Positions 1-8,285 of a stretch of 52,454 bases of DNA are shown in pieces. Numbering within the stretch: the stretch's first letter is position 1; every line of letters starts with the position of its first letter. The position numbers and the translations under genes were made by a program. The stretch is from an uncultured Candidatus Saccharibacteria bacterium (GTDB taxonomy: Bacteria > Patescibacteriota > Minisyncoccia > Phycocordibacterales > UBA9973), in NCBI GenBank assembly GCA_964354985.1, contig CAYHBR010000005.1:1-52454 (forward strand). Direction: 5' to 3'. The notes under the pieces were generated by a model. The model searched no databases. It saw only the letters and a list, made by a program, of their open reading frames with translations, and was not told where the DNA came from.

Positions 1-412
1 GAATTTCAACTTTGGTAGCTTGTTCGGTAAATTCTGGAGCTTTGCGGTGGATAGGCAAGGTTTTTAGTTTCTGACCTGCTGTTGCAACCGGACTTGGTTT
101 GGCATCAATTGGCTCACCGAGGACGTTGAACATGCGACCGAGCGTGACTTCGCCGACTGGGATCGTGATCGGAGCACCTGTGTCAGTGACTTCGAGTCCG
201 CGCGAGAGGCCGTCTGTGGTGTCCATAGCAACGGTTCTCACGACATTGCCACCCATATGGAACTCTGTTTCTAGAATGACTTTTTTGTCCGCTCCATTTT
301 CACCACCACCTTTTACGGTGACCACAAGCGCATTATATACAGCAGGAATATTTCCGCCTTCAAATGCGACATCTACGACTGGTCCGATTATTTGTTGTAT
401 TTTTCCTTTCAT
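1..412 (-). CDS. atpD: F0F1 ATP synthase subunit beta (5' part, runs off the window)
   Basis: Not in the ORF track. Manual translation gives MKGKIQQIIGPVVDVAFEGG...VRTVAMDTTDGLSRG...GRMFNVLGEPID...PIHRKAPEFTEQATKVEI, open to base 1. An alternative in-frame ATG lies at 421. Confidence 0.97.
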   Translation of the reverse strand, partial: MKGKIQQIIGPVVDVAFEGGNIPAVYNALVVTVKGGGENGADKKVILETEFHMGGNVVRTVAMDTTDGLSRGLEVTDTGAPITIPVGEVTLGRMFNVLGEPIDAKPSPVATAGQKLKTLPIHRKAPEFTEQATKVEI

Positions 413-413
413 A

Positions 414-995
414 TTATTCATAAAATTCTTTATCTGTTTGTATTCTAGTAAATTCTTCCTCTTTACCTTCATTGTCTGGTTTAACTAATGAAACTGAGCC
501 AATTATCACTTTTTCTTCTAATGATTTTGTCTCTAAATACTTCATGCATTTTTCTAGTATTTCATCATCTACATCTCTAAAAGCAAGTGTAATGTGCGGA
601 TGGTAAGGCCACTTTTGATCATACCAACAGTTATATTTGTCGGTGACCGCTTTCAATTTTTCAGCAAATGTTACCAACTTTTCATTTTGCTTGATTTTAA
701 CATACACAACGTGACCGTTTTGACTTGTCCTTTTGATTGAATCAAAACCCTCGAGCTCTATTGCAATTGGCCCAATTTCTTTGCCAATATTCTTTATTGA
801 TTCAATTAAATTAATTACATCAGTTGCTGAGTACATGGTCGGACCGGAAGCAACAGTAATATGCGGTTCCCAAGTATCAAGTGCTACACTCACGCCAAAG
901 TTATCATGGAGCTCGTGTTGCAATGTGCGAATTTTGGCAGTTACGCTCTCGTCAAAAAAAGAAACTATTGAAAAATTGTGAAGAATCGGTTTCAT
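414..995 (-). CDS. 2H phosphoesterase (2'-5' RNA ligase/LigT-YjcG-like family)
   Basis: Two HxT motifs (EPHITVA, HPHITLA) about 90 aa apart in a 193-aa protein. Confidence 0.88.
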   Translation of the reverse strand: MKPILHNFSIVSFFDESVTAKIRTLQHELHDNFGVSVALDTWEPHITVASGPTMYSATDVINLIESIKNIGKEIGPIAIELEGFDSIKRTSQNGHVVYVKIKQNEKLVTFAEKLKAVTDKYNCWYDQKWPYHPHITLAFRDVDDEILEKCMKYLETKSLEEKVIIGSVSLVKPDNEGKEEEFTRIQTDKEFYE

Positions 996-997
996 GT

Positions 998-1966
998 TTA
1001 ACTCACACTCGCCATACCGGCGCTAATTTCTGATATTTCCTGCGTAATCGACGATTGGCGGGCTTTGTTGAAGACGAGCGTCAATTCATCTATAATCTCA
1101 CCTGCGGCGTCCGACGCATTCTTCATGGCAACCATTCGGGATGACTGTTCGCTCGCAATCGATTCGAGGAGCATTTGGTAGATGTGCATTTTGGAAAGTT
1201 CTTCGATCAAGTGTATCACGAGCGATTCATTGTTTGGTTCTAGCAGGTATTCGGTCGGAGCTAGTGTTTCAGTAGTCTTTGTATGAATATTTATCTCGGC
1301 TTCGTCGGCTGATATTTTTTCGACAGCACGCGAAATGTCTTTTTTTGAAACAGGAAGAATTTGGAGAACTTCGGGAGTCTGGCTGAGTGCTGAAATGTAG
1401 TTTGTGAAAATAACTTTGACGCGGTCGTATGTGCCTTTTTCGTATTCGGTAATTGCGATGTTGGCGATGGCTTGTGTATCGCGAAGGGTTGGCGCGTCTG
1501 GAAGGTCTGGAAATGAAGCGACTATCTTGAGATTTTGCTTTGGGTCTTGTTTGTGTTCTTTTTTTGCGTCATTTTTGACGGCAACGAGTCGGCGAAGCCA
1601 AGCCTCACCTTTTTTGCCGACAGCGATAAATGAATATTCACGGTCGGGTTTTGTTTTGAGTAAATCGAGCACGGCGCGGAACACCTGTGCATTGTACGCA
1701 CCACACAGGCCTTTGTTTGAGGTCACAACAACGACGAGGATTTTCTTGTGGCCTCGATCTGAGAGAAATGGATGTGTTGAATCTTTGATTGAGTTTGCAA
1801 CACGAGCCAAAACTTCTTGCGAATACTTTGCGTAGTGGCGAGATGAAAGCGTCTGCGTGACAGCTTTTTTCATCTTTGAGGCAGCAACAAGCTCCATCGC
1901 TTTCGTGATTTTCTTTGTGTTCTTGATGGACTTTATTCGTCGTTTGATTTCTTTTGTGCTGGCCAT
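998..1966 (-). CDS. atpG: ATP synthase F1 subunit gamma
   Basis: N-terminal IKRRIKSIKNTKKITKAMELVAASK, TSNKGLCGAYN, and C-terminal RMVAMKNASD...NKARQSSITQEISEI. Confidence 0.98.
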   Translation of the reverse strand: MASTKEIKRRIKSIKNTKKITKAMELVAASKMKKAVTQTLSSRHYAKYSQEVLARVANSIKDSTHPFLSDRGHKKILVVVVTSNKGLCGAYNAQVFRAVLDLLKTKPDREYSFIAVGKKGEAWLRRLVAVKNDAKKEHKQDPKQNLKIVASFPDLPDAPTLRDTQAIANIAITEYEKGTYDRVKVIFTNYISALSQTPEVLQILPVSKKDISRAVEKISADEAEINIHTKTTETLAPTEYLLEPNNESLVIHLIEELSKMHIYQMLLESIASEQSSRMVAMKNASDAAGEIIDELTLVFNKARQSSITQEISEISAGMASVS

Positions 1967-1973
1967 GTTTTTA

Positions 1974-2393
1974 CTACTTCAAATTATATTTATTCACAGC
2001 TGGATAACCCCAAACATTTTTTTCTGTAACAAATACTCGGGTGCAATTTTTAAAGTCAGACGGATTAAATTCGGGTGAGTTATTTCCATCTCCAGCACCA
2101 GTAAAACCACCACTTGAACCAATTTTTACGCCAGATTGATTATAGAAAAATGACATAGTGTCATATCCATTTCCGGCCGCCGTATAGAACATCATTCCAC
2201 GAGAAGGGCATTCCTCTATTGCGCCATTTTTACTGATATAACCATAAAGCTTTTCAATCACTTCATTTTGCTTTTGTGTTTCGGGAATAGGGCTGGTTGT
2301 CCTATTTATACTCTTTGCGATTTGCATAAAGGCAATAAAGACCACGATGACAAGGATAATAGCGAGAAGAATTGTGTTTGTTTTTGATTTCAT
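1974..2393 (-). CDS. hypothetical exported/membrane-anchored protein
   Basis: Basic N-terminus plus hydrophobic helix (ILLAIILVIVVFIAF), two Cys and a GGFTGAGDG motif. It resembles DUF6970-type proteins from memory only (unverified). Confidence 0.75.
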   Translation of the reverse strand: MKSKTNTILLAIILVIVVFIAFMQIAKSINRTTSPIPETQKQNEVIEKLYGYISKNGAIEECPSRGMMFYTAAGNGYDTMSFFYNQSGVKIGSSGGFTGAGDGNNSPEFNPSDFKNCTRVFVTEKNVWGYPAVNKYNLK

Positions 2394-2396
2394 AAT

Positions 2397-2660
2397 TTAA
2401 TTTCCAAATTTAATATAATTAGCAACATAGGTTATTAAGTAAAGACCAGTAATTACACAGACAGCTACAAAAGAAAAAGTAATACCCTGTTTTTTTCTTA
2501 TTAAATCTACGATTGAAATAATGACGATGATTGCAAAAAATAATGACACAAAGATCGAACCTGTTGATTGAACTGTAGTTAATGTCACTAAAACAAAAAT
2601 AAAAGATAATATTATCGAAAGAATACTATAGATATTTATTTTTTTATTTTCAGTTTCCAT
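2397..2660 (-). CDS. hypothetical small membrane protein (3 predicted TM helices)
   Basis: Start reassigned to ATG 2660 (METENKK), which removes the overlap with atpA. Three hydrophobic stretches. Confidence 0.7.
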   Translation of the reverse strand: METENKKINIYSILSIILSFIFVLVTLTTVQSTGSIFVSLFFAIIVIISIVDLIRKKQGITFSFVAVCVITGLYLITYVANYIKFGN

Positions 2661-2673
2661 ATAATTATATTTT

Positions 2674-4206
2674 TTATTTCTTAAACACCCCCTTATACTC
2701 CTCAATCACTTTCTTGATCTCCGCTTCACCATCATCGCTCCACATGCCTTTTTCGCGGATTTCGGAGAGGAATTTCTTAGCGTGGGTTTCGGCGTAGTCA
2801 GAAAGACCTGCTTCAAATTCTTGCATGCGGTCAGTTGCGATATCGTCAACGAGGCCACGAGTGAGTGCGTACAATGTAATGATCTGTTTCTCTACAACAA
2901 TCGGCGAATACTGCGGTTGCTTCAAAAGTTCAACTGCTCGTCGACCGCGTTCGAGTTGGCGTTTTGTGGCATCATCGAGGTCAGAACCGAACTGAGAAAA
3001 AGCTTCGAGTTCGCGGAACTGGGCAAGGTCGAGTTTGAGCGTGCCGGCAACTTTTTTCATGCCTTTGATCTGCGCTGATGAACCGACGCGAGAAACTGAG
3101 AAACCAACATTCACAGCAGGACGAATACCTTTGTAGAAAAGATCAGTTTCGAGGAATATCTGGCCGTCGGTAATTGAAATAACGTTTGTTGGAATATAAG
3201 CAGAAATGTCGCCAGCCTGTGTTTCAATAATCGGCAAAGCCGTGATAGAACCGCCACCATATTCAGAGTTACGTCGGCAGGCGCGTTCGAGCAAGCGTGA
3301 GTGCAAGTAGAAAACGTCTCCTGGATAGGCTTCGCGACCTGGTGGACGGCGAAGCAGAAGCGAGATTTCGCGGTATGCAACGGCGTGCTTTGAAAGGTCA
3401 TCATAGATAATGAGCACATCTTTGCCTTGATCCATAAAAAATTCAGCAATCGTGACGCCAGCATATGGCGCGATGTACTGAAGCGCAGCCGGATCTGAAG
3501 CCCCGGCATTGACGATAATAGTGTAGTCCATAGCGCCACCTTCGCGCAGACGAGTTTCGATTTTGCGAACTTTTGAATCTTTTTGACCGATTGAAACATA
3601 GACACAGATCATTTCTGCCTGACTGCCCTGCCCTCCGGGCAGCGCCCGCCCTTTTTGATTGAGAATAGTGTCGATGGCGATTGCTGTTTTACCTGTTTGG
3701 CGATCACCAATAATGAGCTCGCGTTGTCCGCGACCGATTGGAATGAGGGCATCAATAGCTTTGATGCCAGTTTGGACTGGCTGATCAACTGACTGACGAG
3801 TAATAACACCAGGAGCAACACGCTCGATCGGATATGACTTTGTGGTCTGAGCAACGCCGTGGCCGTCGATTGGCTGCGCAAGAGCGTTCACGACGCGACC
3901 AATGAGGCCTTCACCGACTTGGAGTTCAAGAATATTACCAGTTGATTTGACTTCGTCACCTTCGCGAATATTTAAATAGTCGCCGAGGACGATGACGCCG
4001 ACTGATTCTTCTTCGAGGTTGAGTGCTACGCCCTGGACGCCACTTGGAAATGTGACCATTTCTGAAGCTTTGAGATCTGAAAGTCCAGAGACACGAACGA
4101 CGCCGTCAAAGACTTCCATAACACTGCCGACTTTCTCGCGCTTGTTCTCGGCTTTGAAATTGCCGATTTGTTCTTTAAGTTGTTCTAGGATGTTGTTTTT
4201 TTGCAT
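2674..4206 (-). CDS. atpA: ATP synthase F1 subunit alpha
   Basis: [17 protein letters not shown] Walker [39 protein letters not shown]. Confidence 0.99.
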   Translation of the reverse strand: MQKNNILEQLKEQIGNFKAENKREKVGSVMEVFDGVVRVSGLSDLKASEMVTFPSGVQGVALNLEEESVGVIVLGDYLNIREGDEVKSTGNILELQVGEGLIGRVVNALAQPIDGHGVAQTTKSYPIERVAPGVITRQSVDQPVQTGIKAIDALIPIGRGQRELIIGDRQTGKTAIAIDTILNQKGRALPGGQGSQAEMICVYVSIGQKDSKVRKIETRLREGGAMDYTIIVNAGASDPAALQYIAPYAGVTIAEFFMDQGKDVLIIYDDLSKHAVAYREISLLLRRPPGREAYPGDVFYLHSRLLERACRRNSEYGGGSITALPIIETQAGDISAYIPTNVISITDGQIFLETDLFYKGIRPAVNVGFSVSRVGSSAQIKGMKKVAGTLKLDLAQFRELEAFSQFGSDLDDATKRQLERGRRAVELLKQPQYSPIVVEKQIITLYALTRGLVDDIATDRMQEFEAGLSDYAETHAKKFLSEIREKGMWSDDGEAEIKKVIEEYKGVFKK

Positions 4207-4233
4207 AAATTTAAAATTTTGATGCGTCTTAGA

Positions 4234-4662
4234 TTATTTTGAGAGCGCGAGTTTCATTTCCTGTAATCGACCTTTAAGTGTTCCGTCTAAAATTGTGTCC
4301 CCTACTTTTACTTTTATTCCGCCAAGCAATTTCTCGTCTATTGTGTGATTAATCTGAACACCGGTAGTTTTTATTACTGTCTTGCTCGTCTGACCGAATT
4401 CTTTTTCCACAAACTTCTTAATCTTTTCTTCAGCTTCTTTTGCTAGTGGTTGTGAGGAGGAAACTTCGGCTTCGATAATTCCAGCGGATGAAAGTTCTAG
4501 TTTTCTGTATGCTTCAACAACTTCATCACTTTTGCCCATCATTCTTTTTTTAACGAGTAGTGAGACAAACAATTTCACGGTTTGAGTAGCCTCAATAATA
4601 GACTGACCACTGGTGGCTTCGTGTAGTGCGTGGGCAAATTGTTTTGGGCTGAGTTTTTGCAT
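4234..4662 (-). CDS. atpH: ATP synthase F1 subunit delta (short form)
   Basis: C-terminal IDEKLLGGIKVKVGDTILDGTLKGRL OSCP/delta motif, and operon position. Confidence 0.93.
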   Translation of the reverse strand: MQKLSPKQFAHALHEATSGQSIIEATQTVKLFVSLLVKKRMMGKSDEVVEAYRKLELSSAGIIEAEVSSSQPLAKEAEEKIKKFVEKEFGQTSKTVIKTTGVQINHTIDEKLLGGIKVKVGDTILDGTLKGRLQEMKLALSK

Positions 4663-4665
4663 TGG

Positions 4666-5160
4666 TTATACATTCTCTACTGCTTCTTCGACAAGTTTTG
4701 TGTCGATAGCTTTGGTTAATGTTCCTCCTAAAACTTTTTCTGTAGCAGAAACGACGAGCCCAGCCAATTCTTTTTTGGCTTCAGTAATCATTTTATTTTT
4801 CTCGGCTGCTAAATCTTTTTGCGCTGATTTGGCAAGATTGGCGACTTCAGCTTCGGCTACGGCCAAAAGTTCGGCGCGTTTTGCCTCAGCATCTTTTTTG
4901 ACGCCTTTCATAATCTTGTCGGCTTCACTGCGGGCTTCGCCGAGGACTTTCTCATAATCATTTTTAGCAGAAACAAGAAGCTCGGCGTTTGTCTTGGCAT
5001 CAGCTAGACCTTTTTCGATTACAGTTTTCCGTTCGTCCAAGTTTTTATTGAGTGGTTTTATAGCAAAACGGTACAAAACAAAAACAACCACGCCAAAGTT
5101 TATCGCTTGGGCGACAATTATTTTCCAATCAAGATGAAATGTTGAGACGAATGAATCCAT
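4666..5160 (-). CDS. atpF: ATP synthase F0 subunit b
   Basis: AQAINFGVVVFVLYRFAIKPL TM segment followed by an Ala/Lys/Glu coiled coil. Confidence 0.96.
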   Translation of the reverse strand: MDSFVSTFHLDWKIIVAQAINFGVVVFVLYRFAIKPLNKNLDERKTVIEKGLADAKTNAELLVSAKNDYEKVLGEARSEADKIMKGVKKDAEAKRAELLAVAEAEVANLAKSAQKDLAAEKNKMITEAKKELAGLVVSATEKVLGGTLTKAIDTKLVEEAVENV

Positions 5161-5208
5161 GAGAACGAATAATTAATAATAATGATTCTAATTAATAGCC
5201 AAACAGAT

Positions 5209-5424
<216 letters not shown>

Positions 5425-5477
5425 TTATTAATCTTAATTATTAATTAAATTCGACTTTACCAAAAATTGATAAAAAA

Positions 5478-6323
5478 CTAATGTGCATCCTCGTGCTCTT
5501 CGTGATCTTGGGAAGCAATCGTAAAATAGACGAGCGTGAGCATCGAAAAGATGAGCGCTTGAATCAATCCTACGAACACTTCCAAAAACAAAAACGGTAC
5601 CGGCAAAACATACGCCAGTATCGCCGCCATCGCGCCGAGCAGTACTTCCCCAGCGAAGACATTGCCGAATAGTCGGAATGAAAGTGAGGCAACTTTTGCC
5701 ACTTCACCCACGAGCTCGAGAATGCCCACAAAAAATGTGATTGGTGCTGTCAAAAGAACCATAGGATCCTTTTTGACTTTCGTCACCATACCCCCAAGCG
5801 CTTTTAGATTAACATATTTATTGAAAGTTTTCCATGCACCGATTGACATAATTCCAAATATATTGGATCCAATAACTGCAATCACCGCGAGTGCAATAGT
5901 TGTATTTATGTCGGCCGTGCCAGAGCGCAAGAATGGTAAAAAGGCTGAATGCTCGCCACTTGTTTCAACAATTCCAAAACCACCGAGCGGTAGTATTCCG
6001 AGCCAGTTGTTGAACAAGACAAAAAAGAAAATAGCGATTGCGAGTGGAAATACTCTAGTAGTTATTTTTCTACTACCTGTAACTTGGTCACACAGGTCGT
6101 AGGCTGCGTCTAAAATAAGTTCAAACGCACTTTGTAATTTACCCGGAACTTTTTTTATTGAAAAACGAATGATAAGTGAAATAAGTACAATCAATCCAAC
6201 TGCAAGCCAACTCGTTAAAAGTGCATTGGTTATTGGGAAACTGCCAATATGACCTACCTGTTCGGCGTAGAGAGTTACCTCGTGTGATATTTCTGTATTT
6301 GTTTGTTGTACTGTTGTTTCCAT
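5478..6323 (-). CDS. atpB: ATP synthase F0 subunit a
   Basis: SLSFRLFGNVFAGE and FVGLIQALIFSML motifs. Start reassigned to ATG 6323 (METTVQQ), just after the atpZ/I stop. Confidence 0.97.
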   Translation of the reverse strand: METTVQQTNTEISHEVTLYAEQVGHIGSFPITNALLTSWLAVGLIVLISLIIRFSIKKVPGKLQSAFELILDAAYDLCDQVTGSRKITTRVFPLAIAIFFFVLFNNWLGILPLGGFGIVETSGEHSAFLPFLRSGTADINTTIALAVIAVIGSNIFGIMSIGAWKTFNKYVNLKALGGMVTKVKKDPMVLLTAPITFFVGILELVGEVAKVASLSFRLFGNVFAGEVLLGAMAAILAYVLPVPFLFLEVFVGLIQALIFSMLTLVYFTIASQDHEEHEDAH

Positions 6324-6324
6324 A

Positions 6325-6552
6325 TTACTTTTGCATTTCTTTGGCTGTAGTTTTATAAATACCGATGATTGAAAGTGTAAAGCTAATACCAATACAAGCT
6401 AAAAAAAGCCACGGTTTTGTGCCGAAATATTTATCAAGTGCCTTGCCCGCAAATAATGCAATAATTATAGGAAAGGCAATCCAAGATGAAACCTTAGTAA
6501 AAATAAGTATTGAATCTCTCCACCATGGTTTTTTAATGTCTTGATTGTCCAT
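6325..6552 (-). CDS. AtpZ/AtpI family protein
   Basis: Two TM helices with a GKALDKYFGTKPW loop; first gene of the atp operon. Confidence 0.88.
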   Translation of the reverse strand: MDNQDIKKPWWRDSILIFTKVSSWIAFPIIIALFAGKALDKYFGTKPWLFLACIGISFTLSIIGIYKTTAKEMQK

Positions 6553-6559
6553 TTATTTG

Positions 6560-6631
6560 TGCGTGTGGAAGGAATCGGACCTTCGACCTCTGTCTTATCA
6601 GGACAGCGTTCTACCACTGAACTACACACGC
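6560..6631 (-). tRNA. tRNA-Ile(GAT)
   Basis: GCGTGTG-TA-GTTCAGTGGTAGAAC-G-CTGTC-CTGATAA-GACAG-AGGTC-GAAGG-TCCGATT-CCTTC-CACACGC-A folds as a full cloverleaf. CCA is not encoded. Confidence 0.96.
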
Positions 6632-6652
6632 AAAGCCACAGTAACAGTCGAA

Positions 6653-6681
6653 TTTATACCAAAAAAAAGCACTTTTAGCAA
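6653..6681 (-). promoter_or_regulatory. sigma70-type promoter for tRNA-Ile and the atp operon
   Basis: TTGCTA-17 nt-TATAAA on the minus strand, about 20 nt upstream of the tRNA. Confidence 0.65.
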
Positions 6682-6694
6682 GGTAATAAATTGC

Positions 6695-6813
6695 CAAACA
6701 AAAATCCCAATCGGCCGATTGGGATTTTTGTCGTCTGTATTTTCTGATTTTTAAGAAAAAATATCGACATCTTTTCTAATACGCGATAGGAAGCGCAAAC
6801 CAAAAAATCGTAC
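6695..6813 (-). ncRNA. candidate ~120-nt small RNA of unknown family
   Basis: Bounded by a consensus promoter (6820-6848) and the 6698-6731 terminator, with no credible ORF between them. Confidence 0.45.
6698..6731. terminator. perfect 34-bp palindrome, likely intrinsic terminator
   Basis: ACAAAAATCCCAATCGG|CCGATTGGGATTTTTGT, with a T-tract on either strand. Confidence 0.8.
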
Positions 6814-6819
6814 AGGGAT

Positions 6820-6848
6820 ATTATATCAAGACTCTTTTTACTCTGCAA
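6820..6848 (-). promoter_or_regulatory. sigma70-type promoter
   Basis: TTGCAG-17 nt-TATAAT, with TG two bases upstream of the -10 (extended -10). Confidence 0.7.
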
Positions 6849-6897
6849 GAAGATTTTTCCCCTATATCCTGTGGATTACTATTTAGAAAAAATTAAT

Positions 6898-7896
6898 TTA
6901 TTCTTCATCCTCATCTGATCCTACTGCGCCAGACTCTAATGCTTCAAATATTTTATCCATATCTCCGAGCATGACTTTTGGTATATTTGACCATGACTGC
7001 CTTATGCGATGGTCAGTAATTCGGTCTTGCGGAAAGTTATATGTTCTTATTTTTTCGCTTCTATCCCCACTTCCAATCTGACTTTTTCTATCAGCCGCAT
7101 ATTTTTTCGCCTCCTCCTCCTCTTTTAGTTGTTGGAGTTTTGCTGTCAAAATAGACATAGCTTTTTCGCGGTTTCCTAGCTGGCTTCTCTCTGACGTAGA
7201 GCGAACATCTATACCAGTCGGTCGATGAATAAGACGAACAGCTGTTTCAACTTTGTTGACATTTTGTCCACCGGCACCACCCGAACGAGAATATTCCATA
7301 TCAAGATCCGCAGGATTAATCACAAATTTAATGTTTTTTTTGATTGGCAAAACAGCAACTGAGGCGGTTGAAGTATGAATTCTGCCTTGCTTCTCTGTTG
7401 CAGGAGTTCGCTGAACACGATGAACACCAGTTTCAAATCTCATTATGCGATAAACATCCTTGCCTTTTATTTCAATAAAAACTTCTTTGTATCCACCAAT
7501 TTCATTTTTAGATTCCTCGATGATTTTTGTTGTCCAATGTCGTTTCTCTGCAAATCGTGAATACATTTCTGCGAGTTCAAATGCAAAAAGCGAAGCTTCG
7601 TCACCACCTGCGCCAGCCCGAATTTCCATAATAATTTCGTTGGGAAATTCTTCTTCTTCTTTTTCACTTTCCAAAATTGCGCGAATTTGTTTTTCAACAT
7701 CTTCCTTTTGCGACTGAAGTGAAGCCAATTCATCTTTGGCCATGTTATAGAGTGAAGCATCCTCTGAATCACTGCCGGCATCATTAGTAAGTATATTTCG
7801 AATCCCTTCTTCTTCTTGCAATAACTTTTCAAAATGCCCAACTAGGTGGGAAACTTTGTAATTACTTTTTAATTCATCAATGTTTAGTCCTTCCAT
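6898..7896 (-). CDS. prfA: peptide chain release factor 1
   Basis: [21 protein letters not shown] (PxT, RF1-type), [25 protein letters not shown]. Confidence 0.97.
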   Translation of the reverse strand: MEGLNIDELKSNYKVSHLVGHFEKLLQEEEGIRNILTNDAGSDSEDASLYNMAKDELASLQSQKEDVEKQIRAILESEKEEEEFPNEIIMEIRAGAGGDEASLFAFELAEMYSRFAEKRHWTTKIIEESKNEIGGYKEVFIEIKGKDVYRIMRFETGVHRVQRTPATEKQGRIHTSTASVAVLPIKKNIKFVINPADLDMEYSRSGGAGGQNVNKVETAVRLIHRPTGIDVRSTSERSQLGNREKAMSILTAKLQQLKEEEEAKKYAADRKSQIGSGDRSEKIRTYNFPQDRITDHRIRQSWSNIPKVMLGDMDKIFEALESGAVGSDEDEE

Positions 7897-7935
7897 GTTT
7901 GTTATAAATTCTATTATACAGTCATTTTTACAAGT

Positions 7936-7962
7936 AAAAAGCCCGATTGTGTCGGACTTTTT
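7936..7962 (-). terminator. possible terminator after rpmE
   Basis: AAAAAGCCCGA-TTGTG-TCGGACTTTTT hairpin. Confidence 0.5.
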
Positions 7963-7971
7963 AAAGTGAAG

Positions 7972-8205
7972 CTATTTCTTAGCTTTAGGAGCTTTCTCAA
8001 TTTTGACTGAAGTAGCGCGTTTCTTGAAGCGTTCAACTCGTCCAGCGGTGTCGAGAACTTTTTCATTACCAGTATAAAAAGGGTGGCAGTTGCTACAGAT
8101 TTCAACACGAAATGACTCCACCGTTGAACCAAGCTCAAATTTGCCCCCGCAGACACATTCTGCCTTGGCATTTGCGAAATATGTTGGATGGATTGCTTTC
8201 TTCAT
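7972..8205 (-). CDS. rpmE: 50S ribosomal protein L31 (Zn-binding type)
   Basis: MKKAIHPTY...CVCG...EICSNCHPFYTG...DTAGRVERF. Confidence 0.98.
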   Translation of the reverse strand: MKKAIHPTYFANAKAECVCGGKFELGSTVESFRVEICSNCHPFYTGNEKVLDTAGRVERFKKRATSVKIEKAPKAKK

Positions 8206-8285
8206 ATGTGGCCTATTATACAGGATTTTATTAGAAATGCAAGAAAATTTGGCTTAACTTTTCAATCTACAATTGGAATGTAGCC

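Noticed and set aside
1-120. Possible frameshift in atpD at the A-run near 61-65
   Set aside because: Codon-by-codon reading keeps the frame (KLKTLPIHRKAPEF), so the gene is intact up to the window edge.
99-488. 129-aa plus-strand ORF and the many other antisense or nested ORFs in the track (for example 1404-1835, 10746-11333, 15314-15880, 49023-49799)
   Set aside because: They are shadows of well-supported genes on the opposite strand or another frame and show no recognisable motifs.
6545-6754. 69-aa plus-strand ORF
   Set aside because: It is antisense to tRNA-Ile and runs through the terminator palindrome.
6871-6879. DnaA-box-like TGTGGATTA, suggesting oriC
   Set aside because: It is a single mismatched box with no cluster and no dnaA/dnaN nearby.
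7914-8171. 85-aa ORF overlapping rpmE
   Set aside because: It is an alternative frame of a clear L31 gene.
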